From Candidatus Cloacimonadales bacterium (lineage in GTDB: Bacteria; Cloacimonadota; Cloacimonadia; Cloacimonadales; JAFGVF01): a stretch of DNA of 64,000 bases. How positions within the stretch are numbered: position 1 is the first letter of the stretch; each line of letters begins with the position of its first letter. The notes beneath the pieces were generated by a model, which did not search any database, was not told the origin of the DNA, and worked only from the letters and a program-made list of their open reading frames with translations. Below are positions 40,335-50,974 of the stretch, one piece after another. Made by a program: the position numbers and the translations under genes. The stretch covers positions 1,056,001 to 1,120,000 of the forward strand of contig CAXXJV010000001.1 in the NCBI GenBank assembly GCA_963663475.2, in the 5' to 3' direction.

Positions 40335-41576
40335 ATGTCTGAAAACTTAAAATATGGATCTATTAGTTCCACTCAGGCCATGGAGTTAGAAAACAAGTAT
40401 GGTGCACATAACTACCATCCACTACCAATTGTTATTGCAAAAGGAGATGGTGCTAAAGTATGGGATCCTGAAGGAAATGAATATTTCGACTTCCTTTCAG
40501 CTTATTCAGCTGTTAACCAAGGACACTGTCATCCAAAAATTATTGATGCTCTCATCGAGCAGGCTAAGACTTTAACTCTTACTTCAAGAGCTTTTTACTC
40601 AAATAACTTAGGTGATTATGAAAAATTCATTACTGAATTCTTCGGATTTGATATGGTATTACCTATGAACTCTGGTGCTGAAGCTGTTGAAACTGCTATC
40701 AAATTATCACGTAAATGGGGATATGAAAAGAAGGGTATCGAGAATGGAAAAGCTGTTATCGTATTTGCTGATGGTAACTTCCACGGTAGAACTGTAACTA
40801 TTATTTCTGCTTCAGTAGATCCAGATTGTAGAGAAGGATTTGGTCCTTTCACACCTGGTATCCACAAAATACCTTACAACAATGCTCAAGCTTTAGATGA
40901 TTATTTAACTGCTGAAGGCAAAAATGTAGCAGCTTTTATCGTTGAACCTATTCAAGGTGAAGCTGGTGTATTTGTTCCAGATGATGGTTACTTAAAAAGC
41001 TGTTACGATATCTGTAAAAAACATAATGTGCTCTTTGTTGCTGACGAAGTTCAAACTGGTGTAGCACGTACAGGTCGACTTTTAGCTTGTGACTACGAAA
41101 ATGTACGCCCTGACATTCTTATTCTTGGAAAAGCTATCTCAGGTGGTGTTTACCCAGTATCTGCTGTCTTAGCTGATAAAGAAGTTATGTTAGTAATCAA
41201 ACCAGGACAACATGGTTCTACTTACGGTGGAAACCCTCTTGCTTGTGCTGTTGCTAAAGCTGCTCTCGAAGTTGTTAAAGAAGAAAACTTAACTGAAAAG
41301 GCTTTCGAATTAGGTAAAATCTTCCGTCAAGAATTAGAAAACTTCAATCATCCAATGATTAAATTAGTAAGAGGAAGAGGACTCCTTAATGCTATCGTGG
41401 TTGAACCTAAAGATGGTAAAGAAGCTTGGGATGTATGTGTATTACTCAAAGAAGCTGGTTTATTATGTAAGCCAACTCATAGACATATCATCAGATTTGC
41501 TCCACCTCTAGTTATTACTGAAGAAGAACTTAGACAAGCTCTAGAAATTATTAAAGGTGTTTTTAACGCTTTATAA
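40335..41576 (+). CDS. rocD: Ornithine--oxo-acid aminotransferase
   Basis: [61 protein letters not shown]. Confidence 0.96.
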   Translation: MSENLKYGSISSTQAMELENKYGAHNYHPLPIVIAKGDGAKVWDPEGNEYFDFLSAYSAVNQGHCHPKIIDALIEQAKTLTLTSRAFYSNNLGDYEKFITEFFGFDMVLPMNSGAEAVETAIKLSRKWGYEKKGIENGKAVIVFADGNFHGRTVTIISASVDPDCREGFGPFTPGIHKIPYNNAQALDDYLTAEGKNVAAFIVEPIQGEAGVFVPDDGYLKSCYDICKKHNVLFVADEVQTGVARTGRLLACDYENVRPDILILGKAISGGVYPVSAVLADKEVMLVIKPGQHGSTYGGNPLACAVAKAALEVVKEENLTEKAFELGKIFRQELENFNHPMIKLVRGRGLLNAIVVEPKDGKEAWDVCVLLKEAGLLCKPTHRHIIRFAPPLVITEEELRQALEIIKGVFNAL

Positions 41577-41599
41577 ATATTAATTGCTTAAATAGAATA

Positions 41600-41625
41600 A
41601 AAGGTCCTTGAAATCAAGGACCTTT
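41600..41625. terminator. Bidirectional terminator
   Basis: AAAGGTCCTTG-aaat-CAAGGACCTTT between convergent genes. Confidence 0.7.
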
Positions 41626-41646
41626 CTTATTATATCTATAATTTAT

Positions 41647-43035
41647 TTATAAATTCTCTATCTTCTTCAGTGGTCTAGGAGCTGTTCCAGGAGTAACTCC
41701 ATCTGCTGAAATATAACCTAAAACAGGTTTTCCTTTAGGGTTACCTTCTTTATCAGCTTTGAAAAAGTCTACTGGTATTCTAACTGCTTTTCCATCTTTT
41801 TCTAAGATATCATTACCATCAGCATCAACTTCAAAAGGATTGATATCTAGCCAGCATAAACCAATAGCTGCCACACCATCTTGGCCATTTACTGAAGCTC
41901 TTTTTGAACCAATAAATTCACGTTTTTCTTGGCTTACGTTTGGAGAATTAATACTGGAAGTACAGATACCAATCTTCTTTCCATCAAGATATACATCTCT
42001 ATCCACAACAATACCTTCAGAGATAACTAATACCATTTTGCGAGTGCAACCCTCATTAATAACTTTCATAATTGCATCTTTGCCAACGAAATCTTTAGTT
42101 AAATCGAAAGCAGCATTGAAGAGGGGAGCATTAACAGGAGACCATTCAGGTTTATACTCTTGTCCCATGAGAGGAAGTCCTACGTTACCAGCAGAAAGCC
42201 TGTTCTCATCTCTTCCACCTAAGCCAACTAATAATCCACCTAAGTCAAGAGCTTTTTCTATAATGCGTTTGTATTGTTCAACAGCAACTTTAGCAGGAAC
42301 ATATAATTCCCAACCCCATCTGTTAGTATATCCAGTTCTAGAAATATAATAATGATTACCTTCATAATCAAATTCATTAAAAGTGAAGAATCCCATATTT
42401 TTCGCTGGATTGTTCCTATTTCTGAGAACTTCTTGACCATATAATTCTTTGATAAGTTTATAAGCATAAGGTCCTTGCACGTCAATTTTTGCTAAATCAG
42501 CAGAAATATCTTCAACAAGAACATCTTCATCTGCTTTTTTATATTTAAGGATTCTATCTGCATCAGAGATGACTTCCACTTCCTGTCCATGATCCATACC
42601 TTTACCTGTTAAATCATGTCCAGCATTAATAACTAAGATGAATTCTTCCTCAGTAACTCTCATTATGATAAGGTCATCTTGAACACCGCCATTTTCGTTT
42701 AAGAGCAGGGTATATTTACATTGACCAATCTTCATAGATTCTACATTTGCAGGAAGGGTTCTGTCTAATAATGCAACAGAATCTTTACCTGTGAATCTAA
42801 TTTGAGCCATGTGATCAATATTATAAACTGCAACTTTTTCTACAGCTTGAGCTTCTTCAATTACTGAAGTCAAATAATTAACAGCCATATCATACTGACC
42901 AAAATTACTTTTCTTCATCGATGTCATTTCTCTATTTAATTTTTTAGCAAGAAAGGGCATATACCATTGTTCTTCAACTTCGCTTAGTATTGTTTTACGA
43001 GGTTGAGCAGGGAAATCAAAACCAATTTTACTCAT
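41647..43035 (-). CDS. Aminomethyltransferase (GcvT family), divergent
   Basis: IDHMAQIRFTGKD, KYTLLLNENGGVQDDLI, VQGP, SRTGYT; longer than a canonical GcvT. Confidence 0.8.
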   Translation of the reverse strand: MSKIGFDFPAQPRKTILSEVEEQWYMPFLAKKLNREMTSMKKSNFGQYDMAVNYLTSVIEEAQAVEKVAVYNIDHMAQIRFTGKDSVALLDRTLPANVESMKIGQCKYTLLLNENGGVQDDLIIMRVTEEEFILVINAGHDLTGKGMDHGQEVEVISDADRILKYKKADEDVLVEDISADLAKIDVQGPYAYKLIKELYGQEVLRNRNNPAKNMGFFTFNEFDYEGNHYYISRTGYTNRWGWELYVPAKVAVEQYKRIIEKALDLGGLLVGLGGRDENRLSAGNVGLPLMGQEYKPEWSPVNAPLFNAAFDLTKDFVGKDAIMKVINEGCTRKMVLVISEGIVVDRDVYLDGKKIGICTSSINSPNVSQEKREFIGSKRASVNGQDGVAAIGLCWLDINPFEVDADGNDILEKDGKAVRIPVDFFKADKEGNPKGKPVLGYISADGVTPGTAPRPLKKIENL

Positions 43036-43445
43036 TTGTATATCCTCTAATATTATTTTTAGTTATTAGATTTTATTTTATGATTTTTGTAAAGAAAAAT
43101 TTGTAAGTAATGAAAAGAAAGGATTATTATTCTAATTAATCTTATTAAAATCTAAGGCAACTTTAACCACTTTTAGTAATTCGGAAAAAGCAAAAAGTAA
43201 AATTCTAACCAGAAATAGATTCATTTTTAAATTACGTATAACTATTTTTTTTAAAAATCGAAATAATTTTCTTTACATATTTTTTTTATTATAAATAAAT
43301 TGTAATATATATTCAGATAAAATATTTTTACATATAATCCTGTGTGTAATTATAGATAAACTACTATATTTGTTTATCGAAACTATATTAGAAACTAAGG
43401 AAACAAGAATAGAACATGACACAAATTATCCTGAAGGAGGATTGA

Positions 43446-44423
43446 ATGAGAGGGAAAAACATTTTTTTATTGTTATTGCTGGTCCTTTCTACAATTGGAT
43501 TACTATCATTAACAAGAGAAGAAGTAATTGAAGAAACACAATATCTAGAAATCACAAAAGATATTAACATTGAGAAAATTCTGATTTATAACAATGAATA
43601 TTACAATGATTGGTATGAATATACTCACAACAATCAGCAAGATGCTAATGTCGGAGACTATGTTTATGTTAGTTTTCCTTTCGGAAACAATAAAGGAGGC
43701 TATCGTCGTTTTTATGAGTTTCCTTTCATGGATCCACCTGAAGGTTGGGAGATATTATCTGTAACACTAAAAATTTATCAAAGTTCTTCTTGTGGTGATG
43801 GAGAGATTAATCAATTCCCTACTTTTATTAACGCAGACTTTTTTTTCTTAAAAGTAGCACTCTTAGAAATTGATATGGATAATCTTGCTTTAACCTTTGC
43901 TCCCTCTGTTTTTGAAGAAATTGGTGTTATAAGTAATAATCCAATCCACGAGTGGAAAGAGTTAGATGTTACCCAGGCATATTTAACCGCTAGAGATGAG
44001 TTGAGCTACTCAGCATTTTGTTTAATGTTATATTTTGATTTAATTTCTGATTCAGATGGGGAAGATGATTATTTATCTATTGCTACAGCTAGTAGTTCAA
44101 ATAAGCCTAAATTACTTTTTCAATATGTAAGAGCTACTTCCAATAATGAAAGTGAAAGTGAATCTATACCCCCACTTATAAATTGTTATCCTAATCCTAC
44201 ATCTGAAGTATTAACTATTAAAAATATCAGCGAAAAGCCTATTTCAACAATCAATATCTACAATATTAAAGGTCAGAAAGTATATTCTAATCATAATATA
44301 TCTACAAAAAATGGTGAAGTTAATCTAGCATTACCAACAAACATCGCTAGCGGTATTTATTTTGTAAAGTTCAAACTAGATGGAAATCTACAAACAATAA
44401 CAAAAAAAATATTTGTTAAATAA
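43446..44423 (+). CDS. T9SS-secreted protein (DNRLRE/CBM96-like domain), array member 1
   Basis: Signal peptide, SVTLKIYQ, WKELDVT, NKPKL and a CYPNP CTD; domain call is by resemblance only. Confidence 0.75.
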   Translation: MRGKNIFLLLLLVLSTIGLLSLTREEVIEETQYLEITKDINIEKILIYNNEYYNDWYEYTHNNQQDANVGDYVYVSFPFGNNKGGYRRFYEFPFMDPPEGWEILSVTLKIYQSSSCGDGEINQFPTFINADFFFLKVALLEIDMDNLALTFAPSVFEEIGVISNNPIHEWKELDVTQAYLTARDELSYSAFCLMLYFDLISDSDGEDDYLSIATASSSNKPKLLFQYVRATSNNESESESIPPLINCYPNPTSEVLTIKNISEKPISTINIYNIKGQKVYSNHNISTKNGEVNLALPTNIASGIYFVKFKLDGNLQTITKKIFVK

Positions 44424-44432
44424 GGAGGAAGT

Positions 44433-45401
44433 ATGAGTCTAAAGAGATTAATGTTCATTCTAATTACTTTATTAGTAATTTCTTTATTATCAGCCCAGAT
44501 AAAAGAGGATGATTATATTGAAGAAATTGTGTATTTAGAGGAAGATAGTGATTACAATATCGTTAAAGTATTGTTTGATTTAGAAGGTTGGCATGACAAT
44601 CTGTATAATGTCTATTTAACCCATAGTTTTTCCATTGTTGGTGATGATGTAAATTATTTCACTCAAGAGAAGAGCGCTGTTAGAAAATACTATAGATTTC
44701 CTTTTCAAAACCCTCCAGAAATTTGGGAAATTGAATCAATAACTCTGAATGTATATCAAAATGGGACAATGAGTGGTGTTTATACAAATGTATGGCCATC
44801 TTTTTATGGGAATTCAAATCATGGGTTAAAAGTTGCCTTGTGTGATTTTAACATTGAGAATTTATCCTCTAGCTTCAATGCAACAAACTTTATGGAAATA
44901 GGGGAGATAAGTAATAATGCTAGTGTTGGTTGGAAGCAACTCGATGTAACTCAAGCATATTTATTGGCTAGAAATTCAATTGAATTCACAGACTTCCCAT
45001 TAATGCTCTATTTTGATTATATTACAGATTATGATAATGGTTGTGATTTAGTTGGGATTAGCCATGCCTCCACATCTAACCAACCATATCTAGAATTTCG
45101 TTATCATGATACCACTCCTACTTATGAAAGAGAGTGTGAGATTGCACAAGTAAATCTTCAATGTTATCCTAATCCAGTATCTGATTTATTAAGTATTAAA
45201 TCAGATAGCTCTATCAATATTAACCAAATATCGATTTATAACATCAAAGGGCAAAAAGTTTTATCAAAAGAAACCCAAAATTTCTCCAAAGGAGAGATTA
45301 GCCTTAATTTACCAGAAAATTTAGCAAGCGGTATCTATTTTGTAAAGTTCAAACTAGATGGAAATCTACAAACAATAACAAATAAAATATTTGTTAAATA
45401 A
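44433..45401 (+). CDS. T9SS-secreted protein, array member 2
   Basis: Paralog of both neighbours; CYPNP CTD. Confidence 0.8.
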   Translation: MSLKRLMFILITLLVISLLSAQIKEDDYIEEIVYLEEDSDYNIVKVLFDLEGWHDNLYNVYLTHSFSIVGDDVNYFTQEKSAVRKYYRFPFQNPPEIWEIESITLNVYQNGTMSGVYTNVWPSFYGNSNHGLKVALCDFNIENLSSSFNATNFMEIGEISNNASVGWKQLDVTQAYLLARNSIEFTDFPLMLYFDYITDYDNGCDLVGISHASTSNQPYLEFRYHDTTPTYERECEIAQVNLQCYPNPVSDLLSIKSDSSININQISIYNIKGQKVLSKETQNFSKGEISLNLPENLASGIYFVKFKLDGNLQTITNKIFVK

Positions 45402-45410
45402 GGAGGAAGT

Positions 45411-46379
45411 ATGAGTCTAAAGAGATTAATGTTCATTCTAATTACTTTATTCGTAATTTTTTTATTATCAGCCCAAATAAAAGAGGATGATTATATTGAA
45501 GAGATTGTGTATTTGGAGGAAGATAGTGATTACAATATCGTTAAAGTATTGTTTGATTTAGAGGGTTGGCATGACGATTTGTATAATGTCTATTTAACCC
45601 ATAGTTTTTCCATTGTTGGTGATGATGTAAATTATTTCACTCAAGAGCAGGGCTGTGTTAGAAAATACTACAGATTTCCTTTTCAAAACCAGCCAGAAAC
45701 TTGGGAAATTGAATCAATAACTCTGAATGTGCATCAAAATGAGACAATGTGTGGTGTTTATACAAATGTATGGCCATCTTTTTATGGGAATTCAAATCAT
45801 GGGTTAAAAGTTGCCTTGTGTGATTTTAATATTGAGAATTTATCCTCTAGCTTTAATGCAACAAACTTTATGGAAATAGGAGTAATCAGTGATAATGCTA
45901 ATGATGGATGGAAACTACTTGATATAACACAAGCATATTTATTGGCTAGAAATTCAAGTGAATACACAGACTTCCCATTAATGCTCTATTTTGATTATAT
46001 TACAGATTATGATGATGGTTGTGATTATGTTGGGATTAGCCATGCCTCCACATCTAACCAACCATATCTAAAATTTCGTTACCATGATACCACTCCTACT
46101 TATGAAGGAGACTGTGAAATTGCACAAGCAAATCTTCAATGTTATCCTAATCCGGTATCTGATTTATTAAGTATTAAATCAGATAGCTCTATCAATATTA
46201 ACCAAATATCGATTTATAACATCAAAGGGCAAAAAGTTTTTACAAAAGAAACCCAAAATTTCTCCAAAGGAGAGATTAGCCTTAATTTACCAGAAAATTT
46301 AGCAAGCGGTATCTATTTTGTAAAGTTCAAACTAGATGGAAATCCACAAACAATAACAAAAAAAATATTTGTAAAATGA
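45411..46379 (+). CDS. T9SS-secreted protein, array member 3 (978-bp tandem duplicate of member 2)
   Basis: Same length (322 aa) and mostly identical to 44433-45401. Confidence 0.8.
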   Translation: MSLKRLMFILITLFVIFLLSAQIKEDDYIEEIVYLEEDSDYNIVKVLFDLEGWHDDLYNVYLTHSFSIVGDDVNYFTQEQGCVRKYYRFPFQNQPETWEIESITLNVHQNETMCGVYTNVWPSFYGNSNHGLKVALCDFNIENLSSSFNATNFMEIGVISDNANDGWKLLDITQAYLLARNSSEYTDFPLMLYFDYITDYDDGCDYVGISHASTSNQPYLKFRYHDTTPTYEGDCEIAQANLQCYPNPVSDLLSIKSDSSININQISIYNIKGQKVFTKETQNFSKGEISLNLPENLASGIYFVKFKLDGNPQTITKKIFVK

Positions 46380-46386
46380 GGAAAAA

Positions 46387-46623
46387 ATGAACAGAAAAAT
46401 TTTCTTAATCATGATTATTTTGCTATCTGTAATTTCAGTTTTCGCCACACATGAGGAAGGAGCTCTATTGTTTTCAACATCAGAGCCTGTAACATTGTCT
46501 CAAACATATACTGACTCAATTGTTACCGATACTAGTTGGCTAAATGATTTATCTAAGGTTTATTCTATCAATGAGCTTTATCATATTTATGAGATTAATA
46601 CTATTGAAGAACAAAGATATTGA
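46387..46623 (+). pseudogene. Probably truncated secreted-protein gene
   Basis: Signal peptide plus about 58 aa; the stop codon lies inside a TTGACA-containing inverted repeat. Confidence 0.5.
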
Positions 46624-46703
46624 CATTAACAGCATAGAATGTCAATATGGATATCTAGATTATGTCCGAGAGCAATATTATATAATTAGGGGGTTTTAGG
46701 GAA

Positions 46704-47786
46704 ATGAAGAGTTTAAGAGTTTCAAAAGTGGTCTTTCTTTTTGCTATTTTAATATTAGTGGTTGGATGTGAACTTAAATGGGACGAACCTGAAGTAGGTG
46801 AAGGTGCCTGGCCTGAAGAATTCATAGCTACAATGAACATTGATGGTTCTGATGTACAACTAATACAATCACAAAATCAAACTTCTTTTGCTGGAGCAAG
46901 GCCTTACTTTGTTAGAGACTTAGCAGGAAATTATGATGATGAAGTCATACTCTTAGACTTTAAAAACAGAATTGAAATTATGTCACTTAACGGAGAGTAT
47001 AGAAGAACTATCATTGATTCTTTGGGAGGAGTAAAATATTTTAATCAAGATAGAACAAAAATGATTGTGAACCATGATCAAAAAGTTTATTTCTGCAGTG
47101 TCGATGGCTCAGAAGTAAAGAAGGTTTCGCTTGACTATGTTTCTTCGCGTTATCCATCATTCGCATTTGATGAAAATTCAATCTTATATAATTACTCAAT
47201 TAGCTATGAAAGCACTCTTCTTGAAACTGGAATCATGGAATATGTTATTGCAACAAATGAATCAAAAAAGTTAGTTAGAGCACCTGTGCAGAGAGACTAT
47301 CAGTATGAAACATTTTACTCTATAGCTAAGATTAGTGATGAAGCAATAGTATATTCTTATGGTGTTAATAATTATTCAGATATTGACTCTATTCATGTTC
47401 TTACAAATATCATGAATGATTATCGAATGCATAATCTAAGCACAGGTGAAATTGAAACAATATGGGAACAATCACAATATATGAAATATTCCCATTTGAA
47501 AGAATTTGCATATTTTAGTTATGATTGGCTTCTTAATTTAGCAACACTTTCATCATTACAAGTTGAATCAAGTGTTTATAGTGCAGATGATGCAAGCTTT
47601 AGTCCAAATGATCGCTTTTTAATGCTAAATGAGATTATTTATGACATTAGTGCAGACACTACAAGCTGTGTAGAAGATGGTGATTTCTTTGGGAAATATC
47701 ATCATGTTTCTAAGACTCATCTGAATTTAGGTAATACTAAATTAGTGGGGATTGTGCGTTATCTTCACTATATACCAGTTGATTAA
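46704..47786 (+). CDS. Lipoprotein, TolB-like beta-propeller
   Basis: Lipobox VVGC; MNIDGSD, SVDGSE, YPSFAFDE and SFSPND repeats. Confidence 0.7.
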   Translation: MKSLRVSKVVFLFAILILVVGCELKWDEPEVGEGAWPEEFIATMNIDGSDVQLIQSQNQTSFAGARPYFVRDLAGNYDDEVILLDFKNRIEIMSLNGEYRRTIIDSLGGVKYFNQDRTKMIVNHDQKVYFCSVDGSEVKKVSLDYVSSRYPSFAFDENSILYNYSISYESTLLETGIMEYVIATNESKKLVRAPVQRDYQYETFYSIAKISDEAIVYSYGVNNYSDIDSIHVLTNIMNDYRMHNLSTGEIETIWEQSQYMKYSHLKEFAYFSYDWLLNLATLSSLQVESSVYSADDASFSPNDRFLMLNEIIYDISADTTSCVEDGDFFGKYHHVSKTHLNLGNTKLVGIVRYLHYIPVD

Positions 47787-47948
47787 ACCCAAATAATGTA
47801 GTATACCTTTGTGAATAGCAGAATATTCTTCTGCAAAAGTAAGATCCATAATTTCTCCGAATATATAAAAAATATGCGGCAAAATTCTGTAAGCTATTTT
47901 GCTAGAATAATCTGCACTCTTCACTAAAGCCTACTACACTATCTGTGT
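47787..47948. mobile_element. ACCC-ended palindromic MITE-like repeat, copy 2
   Basis: Begins immediately after the TAA stop of the upstream gene; flanked by TAA/TAA. Confidence 0.75.
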
Positions 47949-47972
47949 TAAAGAGAAATAATATCCAAAAGT

Positions 47973-47997
47973 AAAAGCCCCACTTAAGTAGGGCTTT
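47973..47997. terminator. Terminator hairpin
   Basis: AAAAGCCCCAC-ttaa-GTAGGGCTTT between convergent genes. Confidence 0.6.
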
Positions 47998-48131
47998 AAT
48001 TTATATTCTGTTTAGTCCTTAATAATTTGGACTAGTTTATTAGTTCTCTTCTTGTTATCCAGTTGTCCCCTTTCGCTTCGAACCACTTCTTGGTGGATCA
48101 TGTGGAGTGTCTTGCCAACACTCTCTATTAG

Positions 48132-48157
48132 ATGCCATCCCATCGGGATTTAAGAGG
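48132..48157 (-). repeat. Solo REP arm related to the 285-bp element
   Basis: Reverse complement CCTCTTAAATCCCGATGGGATGGCAT versus CCTCTTAAATCCCAAAGGGATGGCAT at 9581. Confidence 0.7.
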
Positions 48158-48197
48158 TCTTAATTCGCGTAAATTCGTGTGAATAGCTTTCTGACTG

Positions 48198-50240
48198 TTA
48201 TACCCCAAACTCTTCCAAAGGTTTATTAAGTTCTTCAGTTCCAGGAACAGCGAATCTACCGTCTCTGATAATATCAATCTCTTTTCCGTCAGCAGTGATA
48301 GCTACGATGAAATCTAAGTCTTCATAAGGAAGAGTAATATCAGTGTGGCAATTAGTATAAGCTGCTTGGATATCTGTTTTTCTTTTAGCTGAGTGAGTGT
48401 TTTCCCTAGCTGTAATTTCTTTACCATCGATAGGGTTAAAGACAGCGAAATCTTCTTCCCATGAGAAGCAAGTATCACCAATAGCGAAGTGAGGTCCCAT
48501 TTTTTCTACTATAAGAATAGGAAGTAAGTTTAGAATATCAAACTTTTTAGCCATTACATAAGCTGGAGTGTTAGTACCGATAGCAAATTCTCCAAGTGGA
48601 AGTGTCTTGTGGGGGAAGAGTAAATCTTCTTGAATAAGCTTTTTATTTTCTTCTTCATTTTCCATATTTCCACAGGTATATTCTTCCACATAACCATCTT
48701 TAAAGTGTAGTTCTAGTTCTTTAAAAGTGATATTGTTAAGGAAGCTTTCTTGTACATGGAGAATACCATTTGTCCCTTCTAACATTGGAGAAGTGAATAC
48801 TTCCCCTACAGGGATATTTACATCAGCTCCACAATTTACGAAGTTAGTGTGTTTATTTGGGTCAGCTAACTTTTGCATTTTAACTTTAATATCTGTTTTA
48901 TTTCCATTTTTGCCTTTAACATGAACATATTCTGCTTGGTCCATTACATCAACTATTTTTTGTTGAATTTCTTCCCAGTGAAGAGTATCGATCATGTTAA
49001 TATCTGAAGTTGCTTCGAAGATTTCTTCAAACTTAGGTCCGATTTCAGGAACAGGGAAACCGATAATACAGAAACTTGTTTCTGTACGAGGCATATATTT
49101 TTGAGAAGTTTTGCTACGAGCAATATTGAGCTGTTGAGACAATTTTTGTTGTTCTTCTGAGAGCTTTAAATTTTCTACTTTAGCTTTAGGAGAAAATGGT
49201 TTTTCACCGAAAGCATCAAAAGCGACAACACCAGCATACTTGGTTAGTACATCTGAGCAAATTTCAGAAACAGTATCTTGATCAATTATCAGCTTGTCAG
49301 TGTATTCTCTATCAAGGACCATTGCTGAATCAAATCTATGGTCATAACCATATTGTTTATTTGCAACTGTAGAAGATGCTCTTGAAAAAAGAGGTTTGAG
49401 ATTATAATCTTCAAGATTCTTAACCAGTTGGCGGACAATTCTTTCTTGTCCTAAATTATATACAATCAAAACAGTTTCTTTGATTGATAAGTCTTTTTTA
49501 GCTAACTCAAATCCACGGATAAAGGCTTTAGTGAGTTCATCAGTTAGTTTTAAGATTTTATCTTCAGGGTATTTATTAAGGAATTGAGCAGTTTTAATCT
49601 CATTTTCAGTAATATATTTTCCATATTGATAGAGATATCTAATATCACTTAAATCTGCTTCCATTACAATTTTTCCAAAAGCATAATTGTCAGGATCAAA
49701 TGTTGATCTAGTATTTAACTCTTTCTCTTCTAAAGTTAAATTCATTACATAATCTTTATAAATAGCAAAGATAGAATCATAATCTTTCTTATCAGCTTTC
49801 ATAGAGGCTACGATGTCTAAGAAAAGTTGATTTTTTTTAGCTAGCTCATTAATCTCGAAGTTAACTACATGAGAGAAGCAACTTCTATAGCCAATATAGA
49901 TAGCTGATAATAATTGTCCAATTTTATCACCATATTGAGCAACTGCGTAAGCAGGATTAGCAAAAGAAGTTTCATAATTTTCAGCTAAAATTTCTGAATA
50001 GATTTCAGAATTGAATTTGGCTAATTCTTTTAGATCATGGTGTTTAAAATAGTTATCATTATACTCTTCTTTGAACTGATCTGCTTTGAGAATCTTTTCT
50101 GCTATCAATGCTAAAAATGGCTTAAATGTCCCATCGCATTCTTCAATTTCTTTCTGTAGTTTTTTTATTTCTTCAATTGTTTCATTATACTTGGGAATTG
50201 CTGTTTCATTAATACTTTTTTTCAATTCTAAAAACTTCAT
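48198..50240 (-). CDS. Aminopeptidase, M29 family, with long N-terminal extension
   Basis: NIPVGEVFTSP, LGEFAIGTN, EKMGPHFAIGD and CHTDI metal-ligand motifs. Confidence 0.88.
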   Translation of the reverse strand: MKFLELKKSINETAIPKYNETIEEIKKLQKEIEECDGTFKPFLALIAEKILKADQFKEEYNDNYFKHHDLKELAKFNSEIYSEILAENYETSFANPAYAVAQYGDKIGQLLSAIYIGYRSCFSHVVNFEINELAKKNQLFLDIVASMKADKKDYDSIFAIYKDYVMNLTLEEKELNTRSTFDPDNYAFGKIVMEADLSDIRYLYQYGKYITENEIKTAQFLNKYPEDKILKLTDELTKAFIRGFELAKKDLSIKETVLIVYNLGQERIVRQLVKNLEDYNLKPLFSRASSTVANKQYGYDHRFDSAMVLDREYTDKLIIDQDTVSEICSDVLTKYAGVVAFDAFGEKPFSPKAKVENLKLSEEQQKLSQQLNIARSKTSQKYMPRTETSFCIIGFPVPEIGPKFEEIFEATSDINMIDTLHWEEIQQKIVDVMDQAEYVHVKGKNGNKTDIKVKMQKLADPNKHTNFVNCGADVNIPVGEVFTSPMLEGTNGILHVQESFLNNITFKELELHFKDGYVEEYTCGNMENEEENKKLIQEDLLFPHKTLPLGEFAIGTNTPAYVMAKKFDILNLLPILIVEKMGPHFAIGDTCFSWEEDFAVFNPIDGKEITARENTHSAKRKTDIQAAYTNCHTDITLPYEDLDFIVAITADGKEIDIIRDGRFAVPGTEELNKPLEEFGV

Positions 50241-50268
50241 TGCATCTCCTTTGTTGCATTTTTGGTTT

Positions 50269-50760
50269 CTATTTTTTTAGTTTTTTAATTATTTCTCTTA
50301 ATATATCATTCTCTTCAATATCGTCAATAGAAAAATTTGCTACTTCCTCATAAAGAGCTTTTCTTGCCTGATAAATGGCAAAAAGTTCTTCTTTAGTATT
50401 TTTCTTTACTAGGGGGCGATTACTGTTTTTAATTCTATCATAGAGAATGGCCCATGGAGGATTTAGCCAGATAACTTGATAGCTCTTTAGGTATTTTCTA
50501 TTGTTTGGACTAGAAATAACCCCACCTCCGGTAGAAATAACTCCAGAAGGCGGGGAAGAAAGGAGGATATCTCGCTCTAAAGAACGAAATTTCTTTTCAC
50601 CATAAGTATGAAAAATATCTTTAATGGATCTCATACACTCTTTCTCCAGAAGGTAATCGAGATCATAATGTTCTAGCTTCAAAACATCAGCCAATAAACG
50701 ACCAATATGGCTTTTGCCTGAACCCATAAATCCAATAATAAATATTTTTTTACTAATCAT
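50269..50760 (-). CDS. aroK: Shikimate kinase
   Basis: GFMGSGKS, DLD, GEKKFRSLE, STGGG, NRPL. Confidence 0.94.
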   Translation of the reverse strand: MISKKIFIIGFMGSGKSHIGRLLADVLKLEHYDLDYLLEKECMRSIKDIFHTYGEKKFRSLERDILLSSPPSGVISTGGGVISSPNNRKYLKSYQVIWLNPPWAILYDRIKNSNRPLVKKNTKEELFAIYQARKALYEEVANFSIDDIEENDILREIIKKLKK

Positions 50761-50974
50761 ATGACTATAAAATATTTTCTTAGAATCATGTCAAGAAAAA
50801 ATTAACCTATGGTTTATTAAATTATTTAAGAAGTAGAGGCAAAACATCTTTTGCTCTATTAAAGACATCTTTCGCCCATTTTCTCTTTAGTCTGCGGTGA
50901 ACAGACTTATAGTTAGCTCTTCTTGCTTTATTCCTAATTATGAATATATTATATATTAAAAAAGGTGGATTTAT

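Noticed and set aside
43036..43445. Glycine riboswitch upstream of the gcvT-like gene
   Set aside because: The spacer is very AT-rich and lacks the GGAGA...CCGAAG...CTCTCAGG aptamer motifs.
47780..47955. ACCC-ended repeats as integron attC sites
   Set aside because: AAC...GTT triplets and bottom-strand folding are suggestive, but the RYYYAAC/GTTRRRY boxes are imperfect. The copies are dispersed among housekeeping genes, apparent 3-bp target duplications favour a MITE, and no intI is present.
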